64,000 nucleotides of DNA from an uncultured Spirochaetota bacterium (GCA_963745235.1 CAVUXE010000035.1:256001-320000); one strand, 5' to 3'; positions 19,152-29,295 are shown, counted from the first letter of the stretch. Notes: generated from the letters alone by a model not told the origin. Made by a program: numbers and translations.

Positions 19152-19280
19152 GAGAACGCCTCGCGGCTGCGGTGCTGCTGGGCCGCCGGCCAAAGCGGAC
19201 GGACAGGCCGGCTGGACTGGCGGGCAGGCAAAGGCGGGCATGCGGGACAGCCGGGCTGGCCAACACCGGGCAGGCCAACC

Positions 19281-19310
19281 TTGACAGTTCGCGAGGCGAT
19301 CGTGTAGATT
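19281..19310 (+). promoter_or_regulatory. Promoter of tRNA-Gly
   Basis: TTGACA-N18-TAGATT, 21 nt upstream of the tRNA. Confidence 0.65.
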
Positions 19311-19331
19311 TCGGAGCGTAGTTTTCGACTA

Positions 19332-19402
19332 GCGAGCGTCGTAAAATGGCATTACCCCAGCTTCCCAAGCTGGAGTCGGGGGTTCGATTCCCCTCGCTCG
19401 CT
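19332..19402 (+). tRNA. tRNA-Gly (anticodon CCC), CCA not encoded
   Basis: Acceptor GCGAGCG/CGCTCGC, anticodon arm CCAGC-TT CCC AA-GCTGG, T arm GGGGG-TTCGATT-CCCCT. Confidence 0.96.
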
Positions 19403-19418
19403 CTTTATAAGTGCATAA

Positions 19419-19506
19419 TCCGGCCGAAAAGAGCCGGCGTTCCGGTTTAAAAGAGCCAGCGTTCCGGAAATAAAAAGCCACCGTTCCGGGGAAAAAGAGC
19501 CACTTT
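19419..19506 (+). repeat. Four tandem 22-bp transposase-binding repeats at the IS21 left end
   Basis: TCCGG..AAAA(G/A)AGCC units start at 19419, 19441, 19463 and 19485; inverted copies at about 22153-22195. Confidence 0.9.
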
Positions 19507-19594
19507 TCGGCCCTTGCCCGGAAATCCCACTCTCCAATCTCTCCAGACGCTACTTGCTATGCTTCTCCCACAACAGTTGGGGGAGGCAGAAGGA

Positions 19595-21157
19595 ATGGGA
19601 CGGAGGAGGACGGGAGTGAAGAAGGTTCGAGACATCATCCGCTACAACCACACGAGCGACTTGAGCGAAAGGCAGATTGCTCGCGCTCTGGGAGTCTCAC
19701 GAACCGTGGTGGCCAGGACCCTGTGTGCCTTTCGGGCCAGCGGTCTTGACTACAGCGCGGTGGAACAAATGCCCGACAGTGAGCTTGAGAAAAGTCTGGA
19801 AACCGAGAAGGCGCCCCAGAACGGTTCACGCTATGTGGAACTGGTTGCGCTGTTTCCCGAGATGGCCGTTGAGCTGAAGAAGAAAGGGACGACCCTTGAA
19901 TGGTTGTGGCAGAAGTATATCGGCGAACATCCCCAAGGCTACCAGTACAGCCAGTTCTGGTTGCACTTCCGCCAGTGGTGCAAGAGCGAAGAGGTCTCCA
20001 TGCACATCGAGTACAAGGCGGGAGAGGCCGTGTTGGTGGACTGGGCAGGAGACAAGCTTGAGGTGATCAACGGAAACACCGGCCAGACTTGGCCGCTGGA
20101 ACAATTTGTCGCGATCCTGGGAGCCAGCGAACTGACTTATGTGGAGGCTCGGGAAAGCCAGAAGGAGGAAGACTGGATCCGGGCCAACGAAGGAGCTCTT
20201 CGCTATTTCGGCGGAAGCCCCAAGGCCCTTATTCCCGACAACACCCGCACCGCGGTGATTCGGCCCGACCCCTACGAGCCAGGACTGAATCCAGTCTTTG
20301 ACGATTTTGCCTGCCATTACGGTGTGGTGGTAGTGCCCACGCGTGTGCGTCGTCCCCGGGACAAAGCGTTGGTGGAGAACGCCGTGCGGCTGGTTTATCA
20401 GAGGATCAGTTGCCGCCTTCGGGGCAAGGTCTTCTTCAGCCTTGCGCAGGTCAACGTGGCCATTCGCGAGCTTCTGGAAGAGCACAATCACCGTTCCTTC
20501 AGCCGGCTGCCCTACAGCAGGCGAGAGTTGTTCGAGCGCGTGGAGAAGAGTGCCTTGCGCCCTTTACCCACCGAACCCTTCGTGATGAAAGAGACAACCG
20601 AGGCCACCGTCGGGATCAACTACCACGTGGAGTTGCGCGAGGATCGCCACTATTACAGCGTCCCCTACGCTCTTCGCCGTCGTGACCCTCCCACTCGAGT
20701 GAAGCTCGTCTACGACGATCGGGTGGTAGCCATCTACTATGACAACGTTCGCGTGGTTCAGCATCGGCGCGACAGAACACCCAACGGCTATACGACGTTG
20801 GGTGAGCACATGCCCCCGTCGCACCGGTGGTACGCGGAGTGGAGCCCGGAAAAGTTCCTGGGTTGGGCGCGTTCCGTGGGGCCCGCGACCGAGGCGATCA
20901 TCACCAAGGTCTTGGAGTCTGCCGCCTATCCGCCCCAGGCATTTCGCAGTTGCCTGGGTATCCTGAGCCTCGCACGACCTCACGGCGCCGAACGCCTGAA
21001 CAAGGCCTGTGGCAAGGCGCTGCGGGTAGGAACTCAGTCGGGCAAACGAATCAAAAGCATCTTGGATCTGGGACTCGAGGAAGAGCGTCAGCCCCAGTTG
21101 GATTTGCCACCGTTGCCGCATCATGAGAACGTTCGCGGCAGCCAGTACTACAACTGA
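19595..21157 (+). CDS. istA: IS21 transposase
   Basis: N-terminal HTH (SERQIARALGVSR); DDE motifs VDWAG, PDNTR and RPRDKALVE; HYYSVP. Confidence 0.95.
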   Translation: MGRRRTGVKKVRDIIRYNHTSDLSERQIARALGVSRTVVARTLCAFRASGLDYSAVEQMPDSELEKSLETEKAPQNGSRYVELVALFPEMAVELKKKGTTLEWLWQKYIGEHPQGYQYSQFWLHFRQWCKSEEVSMHIEYKAGEAVLVDWAGDKLEVINGNTGQTWPLEQFVAILGASELTYVEARESQKEEDWIRANEGALRYFGGSPKALIPDNTRTAVIRPDPYEPGLNPVFDDFACHYGVVVVPTRVRRPRDKALVENAVRLVYQRISCRLRGKVFFSLAQVNVAIRELLEEHNHRSFSRLPYSRRELFERVEKSALRPLPTEPFVMKETTEATVGINYHVELREDRHYYSVPYALRRRDPPTRVKLVYDDRVVAIYYDNVRVVQHRRDRTPNGYTTLGEHMPPSHRWYAEWSPEKFLGWARSVGPATEAIITKVLESAAYPPQAFRSCLGILSLARPHGAERLNKACGKALRVGTQSGKRIKSILDLGLEEERQPQLDLPPLPHHENVRGSQYYN

Positions 21158-21165
21158 AGGAGTCC

Positions 21166-21930
21166 ATGATGAACAGCAACCAAGCAACGCTACAGAAACT
21201 TGAGATGATGGGACTGTGGGGCATGATGCGAGCTTTGCGGGAATCCATGGAAGCGGGATCAAAGGCGGATTTCACCTCCGACGAGTTGATCTCCCGTTTG
21301 GTGGACGTCGAGTGGGATCAGCGGCAGGGTCGCAAGCTCTCACGACTTCTCAAGGGTGCTCGCTTTCGCTATCGCGCAGGGCTGGAGGATCTCGACTTCG
21401 GCTTGCACAGGAATCTGGAGAAAAACCAACTCATGCGCCTTGCCGACTGTCATTGGATCGAAGAGCATCAGGACCTCATTCTCACAGGCCCTTGCGGATG
21501 CGGGAAGAGCTTCATCGCCTCCGTGTTCGGTCAGCAGGCATGCATCCACGGCTACAGCGTGTGCTACTGGCCCGCGGGAAAGCTCTTCGAGCAGATGAAG
21601 CTGTGCAAGGCCGACGGCAGCTACCTTCGGGAGATGGCCAAGCTCACCAAGAAGCGGCTCTTTATCGTTGACGATTTTGGGCTTGAGGTTCTCGATGCAG
21701 CCAGCCGACTCATTCTGCTTGAGATCCTGGAAGACCGCCACGGCCGCTGCTCCTCCCTGTTCAGCTCCCAGCTTCCGGTCTCCCAGTGGCACCAGGCTAT
21801 CGGAGACCCCACCATTGGGGATGCCATCTGCGACCGTATCGTGCATACCGCTCACCGCATTGAGCTCAAAGGGGAGTCAGTTCGCAAACTCTACGCTCAT
21901 CGTGGGGAAGCCAAGAAGGAGAAGGAATGA
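21166..21930 (+). CDS. istB: IS21 helper AAA+ ATPase
   Basis: TGPCGCGKS Walker A, IVDDFG Walker B, DAICDRIVH..IELKGESVR. Confidence 0.96.
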   Translation: MMNSNQATLQKLEMMGLWGMMRALRESMEAGSKADFTSDELISRLVDVEWDQRQGRKLSRLLKGARFRYRAGLEDLDFGLHRNLEKNQLMRLADCHWIEEHQDLILTGPCGCGKSFIASVFGQQACIHGYSVCYWPAGKLFEQMKLCKADGSYLREMAKLTKKRLFIVDDFGLEVLDAASRLILLEILEDRHGRCSSLFSSQLPVSQWHQAIGDPTIGDAICDRIVHTAHRIELKGESVRKLYAHRGEAKKEKE

Positions 21931-22103
21931 GCGCTTTTGGCGACTGCCTCCGTTGGCAACACAAAACGACCTCCGTGGAAGGCCGCCACTGCATTTGCTC
22001 AGAGCACCCCGTATTTGAATGCCCCCCTCGGATCGACTTCAGCGACGAACAGCACATCGCCGGGGGATACGTGCACAAGGAGGTGACCGGAACTGTTGAC
22101 TGA
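21927..22103 (+). CDS. 58-aa Cys/His-rich small ORF inside the IS, coupled to istB
   Basis: ATGA overlap with the istB stop, AAGGAG upstream; MSAFGDCLRWQHKTTSVEGRHCICSEHPVFECPPRIDFSDEQHIAGGYVHKEVTGTVD. Confidence 0.45.
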   Translation: MSAFGDCLRWQHKTTSVEGRHCICSEHPVFECPPRIDFSDEQHIAGGYVHKEVTGTVD

Positions 22104-22419
22104 AAAGAGCCACTACAGCATTGTCTGAGCGAGCGGATTGGCTGAGTGGGAAAGTGGCTTTTTATTTCCGGATCCAATGGCACTTTTCACCGGACTACGC
22201 ATTATAAGTTGTTGTGGAAATGAAAGTCAGGCTGCCAAGGCTTTTTGAGCATCACGGAAGAAGGTCAAAACGTCGGCAAGTTGTCGGCGGTTGACGCGGG
22301 GAGGAGCCTAAGGCGGTTCGCTCCACGGGGACCGCGAACATCGCGCTCGCCCGGAAAATCGCCCTCCAGATGATCGAGAAGGGGGACGTCTTTGCTGCCA
22401 CAGATGACCTGCGCCAGTG

Positions 22420-22514
22420 GAGCTAGGAGCGACCTCCCGCATCGCAGCCCTGATCGTCTTCAACTTGCCTTGCACCTCCTTCGGGCATTTACTCATCCAC
22501 GCCCCCAGGCTCAA
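22420..22514 (-). pseudogene. Remnant of a YdhG/DUF1801-like gene
   Basis: WMSKCPKEVQGKLKTIRAAMREVAP resembles the DUF1801 N-terminal helix, then similarity is lost. Confidence 0.45.
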
Positions 22515-22567
22515 CGGCTGCGGACTTGGTTCTTTCCAACCGCTTTGCCTCCTATTAAGTGAAAGTC

Positions 22568-22604
22568 AAAAGGGGGCCGTCTCACGTTGAGAAAGACCCT
22601 TCTG
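22568..22604 (-). terminator. Probable intrinsic terminator after the DUF4389 gene
   Basis: Minus strand imperfect stem AAGGGTCTTTCTCA/TGAGACGGCCCCC followed by TTTT. Confidence 0.45.
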
Positions 22605-22617
22605 TCGGAACATCTCT

Positions 22618-23262
22618 CTATTCTAAGCTAAACGGTGGATAAATGTCTGTTGTCAGCAAGATAGCGTAGGTCTCGACCCTGAGGCCCCATCGCATCACTC
22701 CCACGACATAGTTGAAAAGTCCCTTTGGATACTTTCCTGTAAAAAGGATTGCAAACCACGCGATGATGACGACGACGTCTACTCCTATGACCAATCCAAT
22801 AAGGCAGATGTAGTGAGGGATTGCAAGGAACCATTTGACGAGAGGGAGTCCCGCCTTCAAGTCTTTCTGCACATCAGGATAGGGAATGTGGATATGGACT
22901 GCCTGCTCTTCATCTGTTGAAGGATATTTGTCTGTCAGCAGCCAAAGAAAGGCGGAAACTCTAGCTGCAAACTTCGCAATGCCGACATTCCAATCAAACC
23001 ACCATCTGGGATACTTCCACCTGAACAAGATCATGAGGACTGTAGGTAGGAAGATGATGCCACCTGCAAGAAGTGGAAATGTGCCGAGATGACGATAATG
23101 GTGGTAACCACCACCACTCCAGTGAGGACCACTGATGAGAAGGAGAATGCCAAGGATTGGCAGGATGAGGATGATGCGGAACGCCGTGGTCAGCCGATTG
23201 AGACGTTCTGGATAGTCAATGTCGAGGGTGACAGGGTATGAAGACTCAGGGGCCTTTGCCAT
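22618..23262 (-). CDS. DUF4389-domain membrane protein
   Basis: Internal duplication RLT..FR.IL.LP / KWFLAIPH, ILFTGKYP, LLTDKYP, YPPFSL; visibly lower GC than the flanks. Confidence 0.85.
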   Translation of the reverse strand: MAKAPESSYPVTLDIDYPERLNRLTTAFRIILILPILGILLLISGPHWSGGGYHHYRHLGTFPLLAGGIIFLPTVLMILFRWKYPRWWFDWNVGIAKFAARVSAFLWLLTDKYPSTDEEQAVHIHIPYPDVQKDLKAGLPLVKWFLAIPHYICLIGLVIGVDVVVIIAWFAILFTGKYPKGLFNYVVGVMRWGLRVETYAILLTTDIYPPFSLE

Positions 23263-23396
23263 AGTTTCCTCCTTTGCCTACGGCTAACAATAGTGGAATC
23301 ACCGGGACAAGACCATTAACGCAACTTTCAGCAGATGGCACGATTAAACTGCTTCACCTATTGATGCGCTATTTGTATTGGAGTGGAGTTGGGGGG

Positions 23397-23735
23397 TCAC
23401 TTGCCTGCGATCTTTTTGGTCCCTTCGCCACTTACCTTGATGACGACCTTCACAGCATCTTCCATCGGGTCTTTGAAGGGCACTTCGATTCGAAGCAGTC
23501 CGTGTTCGTATGTCGCCTCGGCTTTGTCAGGTTTCACCGCCCAGCCCAAAGCCAAGGATGCAACATACTCAATGTCCCTCGCTATCGCTGACAGGTGGAC
23601 GCTGTCCTCCAGCATCTTGAGATCAATGGTATCCGCTGGCGCTCCTGGGATGGCGAACTCCACAATGAGCTTCCGGTTCTCCGCATCAGCATAGGCCACG
23701 TTATCGGGGGCAACCTTCATTCGATATTCGGGCAT
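23397..23735 (-). CDS. Small heat-shock protein (Hsp20/alpha-crystallin)
   Basis: EFAIPG and AEATYEHGLLRIEVP signature; AAGGAGG RBS. Confidence 0.88.
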   Translation of the reverse strand: MPEYRMKVAPDNVAYADAENRKLIVEFAIPGAPADTIDLKMLEDSVHLSAIARDIEYVASLALGWAVKPDKAEATYEHGLLRIEVPFKDPMEDAVKVVIKVSGEGTKKIAGK

Positions 23736-24429
23736 CTATGTACCCTCCTTTTTGATCTAGACGCAATGTAGCCATTGTAAGGGTAAAAAAATAGGGATTT
23801 CGATTTGCAGCTGACTGAGGACCAACTGATCAGCAAGGATGAGAACGCTGGTCTTGAACAACTCACGAGTTGACCTACCGCATTTGGCGCCCGCGAGCCC
23901 TGGCTTCGGGCATCCAGAAGTCACAATCTACCCGCTCGGCGAAATACCATAACCTCAGCGCAAAGCGTGCCCTAGAGGATTTTTATCTACCTACCCCCTA
24001 TCCGGATAGGGTGTTCGAGGAGAGTTTTGGCAAGTATTATTAATGAGAGGGTCTACGCTATTTTGAATTGGACTCATGAGGAGGGACTGTGGCGGAAAAG
24101 AAAGCAAAGATTCTAACTGTCAACTGCTTCTTGCTCTTTTCTGGCGTTGTGGCTACCGGTCGAACAAGCCCGCTAACTGCTGCGTTGCCCTGATCCAGGA
24201 GCGAATGGGCGACGAGGTTTCCGAGCCAGCCAGTGATTCCGAAGGTGGTCTCGATACGCGGCGCAGAGCTGTCTCATGTCAGGAATACTGGGCGTTCGGA
24301 GGGCCAAAGAGGCAGCCTGGATGATCAATAGGAAAACGTCACTCCTCTTGGGGCCGCTGAACGGCTGACAGCATGGAAAGCAGTCAGACACCAGGAAAGA
24401 GCCGCGGCTCTGGTCAGGAGGAGGTTCGC

Positions 24430-24624
24430 GGCCGAAGGCCATGTCTGGCGAGGAGCCTGATATATTATCCTGTCCAGGCCACAGTCCTCGCATTGAACGG
24501 CATCTGGATCCGAAACGATTACCTCCTCCCCATGCTGATCCTGGGAAAGGGTAATGCGGCGATAACGATTTCTCTCGCCGTTTTCAACTTCGCCGCGGCC
24601 TATTATGGTCAAGCAATTGGGTGA
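24430..24624 (+). pseudogene. Fragment of a carbohydrate ABC transporter permease (MalG-type C-terminus)
   Basis: TVLALNGIWIRNDYLLPMLILGKGNAAITISLAVFNF matches the 'WNDxLxP..TlplAv' pattern; no N-terminus. Confidence 0.55.
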
Positions 24625-24679
24625 AGCAAAGCGCCGCGGCACTATTCGGCGTTAATTTAGCCCCCAATTGGGAGAGAAA

Positions 24680-26635
24680 ATGCTTGTAAAAGATCCAAAC
24701 AAGTCCCGACTGCCGTCACCGCTCAACCGGAACTTCTCACTTTGGGGGGTAGTGGCGTCCGTCCTTCTGGTCCTGGCTCTGAACTTCCTCCTGATCCCCA
24801 AGCCCTCGGTCATGATGGTCGATTTCAGCGCTTTCAAGAAGCTGATCACGGATGGTTCGATCAAGCGCGTGGAAATGACCCCGAGCGCCTATTACGGATT
24901 CGCTCTTACCAAGGAGCAGCAGGATGCTCTGCGGCAACAGGCTCAGCAGGGTAAGGTCACCCAGACGGGCAGTGCTCCCGCAAAGGAGTACCAGACCGCC
25001 CCCGTTCAGGACCCCGGGTTCGTAGCGCTGCTGGATTCCAAGGAGGTCGAATACTACGAGGTCCTGCCGCAAAACCATCCTATCCTCGGCTTCCTGATTA
25101 GCTGGATTCTTCCCTTTGGCGCCATGTTCCTGATTTGGCGGCTTTTGTCCCGGCGCATGGGCGGGCTGGGGCGCGGTGTGATGAGCTTCGGACAGAACAA
25201 GTCCCTCTTGGTGGCCGAGGGGAATACAGGGGTCAGATTCGACGACGTGGCGGGAGCCGAGGAGGCGAAGGCGGAACTCGTCGAAGTCATCGATTTCCTC
25301 AAGCATCCCGCCCGCTACACTGCCATCGGCGGAAAGATCCCAAAAGGGGTGCTGCTTGTCGGTGCGCCAGGGACAGGGAAGACTCTCATGGCTCGGGCAG
25401 TTGCCGGAGAGGCAGGCGTGGCCTTTTTTAAGATCAGCGGCTCGGAGTTCGTGGAGATGTTCGTGGGGGTTGGCGCGGCACGGGTGCGAGACCTGTTCCA
25501 GCAAGCCAGGGGCAAGGCACCCTGCATCATCTTCATTGACGAGCTGGATGCCATCGGGAAAAGCAGAGCACAGGCACTGTCCGCCAACGACGAACGAGAG
25601 CAGACCCTGAACCAGCTCCTGGTGGAAATGGACGGGTTCGATTCGCGAACCGGAGTCATAATTCTGGCTGCCACGAACCGGCCTGAGGTCCTGGACCCCG
25701 CCCTTTTGCGTCCCGGACGTTTCGACAGGCAGGTCCTCATGGACAAGCCCGACCTGAACGGCCGGGAGGCGATCCTGCGCATTCACAGCCAGGAGGTGCG
25801 GCTGGAAGATTCGGTGAACCTCAGGGATGTAGCCCGCAGGACTCCCGGGTTCGTCGGAGCGGACCTCGCAAATCTGGTGAATGAGGCAGCGCTTCTGGCG
25901 GTCAGGGCGGGGAGGGAAAAGGTGACGCAGCCTGACTTCGATTCGGCCTTCGAGAGACTGGTCGCGGGGCTGGAGAAGAGAAACCGCTTGATCAACGAGA
26001 AGGAGCGAAAGATCGTCGCCTACCACGAGACAGGCCATGCACTGGTTGCTCATATGACTCCGGGGGCGGACTCAGTGGAAAAGATCTCCATCGTGCCTCG
26101 TGGCCTTGGCGCTCTGGGGTACACTATGCAGCTCCCCACTGAGGACCGTTTCCTGATGACCGAGGGTGAGCTGAACACTCGGATCGACGTTCTGCTCGGG
26201 GGAAGGGCCGCGGAGCAGCTGGTTTTCCATGAAGTTTCCACGGGCGCCACGAACGACCTGGACAAAGCAGGAGACATTGCCCGTCGAATGATTACAGACT
26301 TCGGAATGAGCGAAAGGTTCCGCAACACCTTCCTGCCCGCGAGGAGACAGGGCCAGCTACTTGGAGACGCCAACGCCATAACGCTGCGCGAATACTCGGA
26401 GGCTACCCAGCAGTACGTGGACGAGGAATCCGCCAGGATCATAGACAGAAGGTACGAGAAAGTCGCCGACATGCTCCGTCGCCACGAAGGTCTCCTTCAC
26501 GAAATAGCCGAAAAGCTTCTGGAGGTCGAGGTACTGGAAAAGGCGCAATTCAAAGCCATGATCGAAAAATTCTCGGACAGGAAGACGGCTGCTGCCGGCA
26601 GCACGGAGACGTCGAAGGGCCAACCGCTGCATTAG
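24680..26635 (+). CDS. ftsH: ATP-dependent zinc metalloprotease FtsH (accessory paralogue)
   Basis: 2 TM helices, [39 protein letters not shown] zinc site, GGRAAE. Confidence 0.96.
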   Translation: MLVKDPNKSRLPSPLNRNFSLWGVVASVLLVLALNFLLIPKPSVMMVDFSAFKKLITDGSIKRVEMTPSAYYGFALTKEQQDALRQQAQQGKVTQTGSAPAKEYQTAPVQDPGFVALLDSKEVEYYEVLPQNHPILGFLISWILPFGAMFLIWRLLSRRMGGLGRGVMSFGQNKSLLVAEGNTGVRFDDVAGAEEAKAELVEVIDFLKHPARYTAIGGKIPKGVLLVGAPGTGKTLMARAVAGEAGVAFFKISGSEFVEMFVGVGAARVRDLFQQARGKAPCIIFIDELDAIGKSRAQALSANDEREQTLNQLLVEMDGFDSRTGVIILAATNRPEVLDPALLRPGRFDRQVLMDKPDLNGREAILRIHSQEVRLEDSVNLRDVARRTPGFVGADLANLVNEAALLAVRAGREKVTQPDFDSAFERLVAGLEKRNRLINEKERKIVAYHETGHALVAHMTPGADSVEKISIVPRGLGALGYTMQLPTEDRFLMTEGELNTRIDVLLGGRAAEQLVFHEVSTGATNDLDKAGDIARRMITDFGMSERFRNTFLPARRQGQLLGDANAITLREYSEATQQYVDEESARIIDRRYEKVADMLRRHEGLLHEIAEKLLEVEVLEKAQFKAMIEKFSDRKTAAAGSTETSKGQPLH

Positions 26636-27015
26636 AATCACGTTTCTTATTGTTGCCAGCACGGTCTCGACTCCGCAGCTCAGGGAGTGCTCGTTTTCGC
26701 AATTCTAGCAGTGACACAGTGAGGTTTTTGGACTTGAGCTCTTGGCTCCGTTCATCGAGCACACCGTTGCGGGGTCGATTTCCCAGCGCGTTTAGCCTCA
26801 ATTCAGGCTCCTGGGAGTGGCGGGGAAAGACCGAGCTTTTGATCCGCATATGCAGAACCGCCCAGGCCGGCACAGGCAACTCGGGATCTTGTGGAGAGCC
26901 AGGGCAAAAACGAATCAGAATTACTGGAAGACCGTGAGTCCAATCTGTCCCGGATGCCGGACTTGGAATTAGTACAAGTTGATGCAAATCAGAGCGAGTT
27001 GAGGAAAGTCAAAAG

Positions 27016-27078
27016 AATGGCTCCGGCTGGTTTCCCAATGCTGGAGGTCGGGAGTTCGATTTCCCTTGCTCGCTCTTT
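27016..27078 (+). repeat. Degenerate duplicate of the tRNA-Gly 3' portion (attR-like)
   Basis: TTCCCAATGCTGGAGGTCGGGAGTTCGATTTCCCTTGCTCGCTCTTT vs tRNA TTCCCAAGCTGGAGTCGGGGGTTCGATTCCCCTCGCTCGCTCTTT. Confidence 0.85.
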
Positions 27079-27209
27079 TTATGGCGACCCAGCTTGAAGC
27101 GCAGAGGTAAAGCTCGCCAGGCAACGACGGGGAGATCCGCGCCGACAGACTCGTCCATAATGAGCGCCGCGCGGCCCCCCCGCGGCCCGCCCCTTCCGTA
27201 CTCCACGGG

Positions 27210-28254
27210 TCAGGCGATTGCGCGCTTCCTCAACGCCCGGCGCTCGGCGCGAGCGGAAAGGAGACGGTTGAACACCAGCACAAGAATCAGCACCCCACCC
27301 CAGATCACGTCCCGGTAGAAGTTGGATACCTGGTTGAACATGTTGAGGCCGGACGAAAGGAACTGGAGGATCAGGATGGCGAGGGTGACGCCCGTGATCT
27401 TGCCGAAACCGCCGTTCGGATCGATGCCCCCGAGCACGGCGATGAGCACGCACTGGAGCGTGTAGGGGGCCCCGTACTCCGCCTTGGCCGAGTTGGCGCG
27501 CGCCATCATGATGAGGCCCGCGACGGAGGAGAGCAGCCCGGAGAGCAGGTAGGTGCGCCGCAGGATCGAGGCGTTGTTGAGCCCCGCGTATCGGGCGGCC
27601 TTGGGGTTGGTCCCGTAGAGGTACATGTAGGTGCCGAAGCGGGTGCGGGAGAGGAGGAGGCCGACGCCGACCGCGATCACGAGGAAGAGGATGAAGGAGA
27701 GGGGGAAGAGGTTGAAGAACTCCGTGTTGCCGATCTTCGAGTAAAGGAGGGGCAGCCGGCTCTGGGGCCGACCGTTCGTGATGCCGACCGCGATGCCCGT
27801 GTAGAGCTGCTGGGTTCCGAGGGTGGCAAGGATGGCAGGGATGTTGAATCGGGAGATCAGGATCCCCGCGAAGTAGCCGCAGGCGAGCCCCGTCGCCAGC
27901 GAGATGAGGACCGCGGCCACGATGTAGGGCAGGACCACCTGGGGCGGCGCGCCCGCGGGCACGACGCCGATGAGGAACTTCGCCGCGAGGATGGCCGAGA
28001 GATTGGCCGTGCCGACGACGCCGAGGTCGATGCCCCCGGTGATCATCGTCAAGCTGATGCCGATCGCCATGATGCCGTACTCGGGGAACTGGCGCATCAT
28101 CGAGCCGAAATTGGCGAGTGTGGGGAACAGTCCCGGCCGCAGCGCAGTCATCAGCGCGAAAACGAGGACAAGCATGACGAAGAGCCGCACAAGGTTCTGG
28201 TCGCGGCTCTTGCGAGCCTGGAGGCGCGGGGATTCCCGCGTGGGTGGTGTTCAT
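27210..28254 (-). CDS. Sugar ABC transporter permease (RbsC/LsrD type); probable +1 frameshift at about 28228-28231, or GTG start at 28190
   Basis: ITGGIDL, ILATLG, YGTNPKAARYAG, IAVLGG. Confidence 0.88.
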
Positions 28255-29278
28255 GGCGCCTGCCTGTGCCCTTCGGGCGGGGCCGCGCTCGCGCCGCCGC
28301 TTCGTGGTGATCTGCCGAGCGGTGACCCCCGTGCCGATGATGATGACCGCGCCGGTGAAGACGCGGGTCCAGTAGGTCGGTATGCCCATCAGGATGAGGC
28401 TGTTTGCGAGGATGATCACCAGGGCGACGCCGAGCGCGGTGCCCGTGAGGGTGCCGACCCCGCCCGTGACGCGGGTCCCGCCGAGCACGACCGCCGCGAT
28501 GACCGTGAGCTCCATCCCGAGCACGGTCGAGGGATCGGCGTACGCGATCATCGAGATTCGCGCGATGCCCGTGATCCCCGCGAGGACGCCGACCAGGCAG
28601 TAGAGGAACATCTTGATGGCACGAACGTTGAAGCCCGCCCGCTCCGCTGCCGCCTCGTCGCCGCCGATGGCGTAGATGCCGCGGCCGACCATCGTGTAGC
28701 GCAGCAGGAGAAAGGCCAGGGCGAAGCACGCCGACCAGGATGAGGACCTGGGAGGGCATGTTCGAGGTGAGGCCGAGCTGCGGGTTCACGGCGGTGAACA
28801 GGGTCTCTTTGCTGTGGGCGATGATGGCCGGGGGCACGTCGGACGCGCTCGCCGAGAAGGCGCCGAACATGAGGCCCGTGAAGAGACTCGCCGTGCCGAG
28901 GGTCACCACGAGTGTCGGCAGCCGGAGGAAGGCGATCAGCAACCCGTTGAGCGCCCCCATGACGAGACCGAGGCCGGCCGACATCGCGTAGGCGAGAAGG
29001 ACGCTGCCGGCGTAGTGCGACGAGAGGAGGACGCGGTCCGTCACGTACATGGCGAGGGAGGCGACGGCCGTGAAGGACACGTCGATGCCCCCCGAAACGA
29101 TGACCATCATGCAGCCGACGGAGAAGAGGCCGGGCACGATCATGGCCTGCACGAGGTCCACGAGGTTGTTGCCGGTGAAGAACTGTCCCGACCGGACCTG
29201 GATCAGGAGGCTGAGGACGACGATGGACGCCAGGACCCAGGGTTCGGACCTTCCCAGCAGCCGGCGCGGATTGATCAC
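28251..29278 (-). CDS. Sugar ABC transporter permease, frameshifted at about 28724 and 28280
   Basis: SGGIDVS and VVTLGT in the first frame; GRGIYAIGGDEAAAERAG and ELTVIAAVVLGG in the second. Confidence 0.85.
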
Positions 29279-29295
29279 CCTCGCGACCTCCCTTC

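Larger units (their letters stand above)
19412..22201 (+). mobile_element. IS21-family insertion sequence (2790 bp)
   Basis: TG...CA ends; IRL TGCATAATCCGGCCGAAAAG vs IRR (revcomp) TGCGTAGTCCGGTGAAAAG; TTATAAG direct repeat at 19405-19411 and 22202-22208; istA and istB inside. Confidence 0.96.

Noticed and set aside
19152-19280. GC-rich quasi-repeats (GGCCGG/GGCAGG) before tRNA-Gly
   Set aside because: No consistent unit or convincing structure; low-complexity spacer.
19419-19506. Regularly spaced 22-bp repeats resembling a mini CRISPR array
   Set aside because: No unique spacers, no cas genes, and inverted copies at the other IS end: these are IS21 terminal repeats.
27016-27078. Second tRNA-Gly gene
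   Set aside because: No 5' acceptor strand and a broken anticodon stem; treated as an att remnant.
27079-28692. 537-aa ORF
   Set aside because: Chimera of a permease C-terminal half with out-of-frame sequence, caused by frameshifts.
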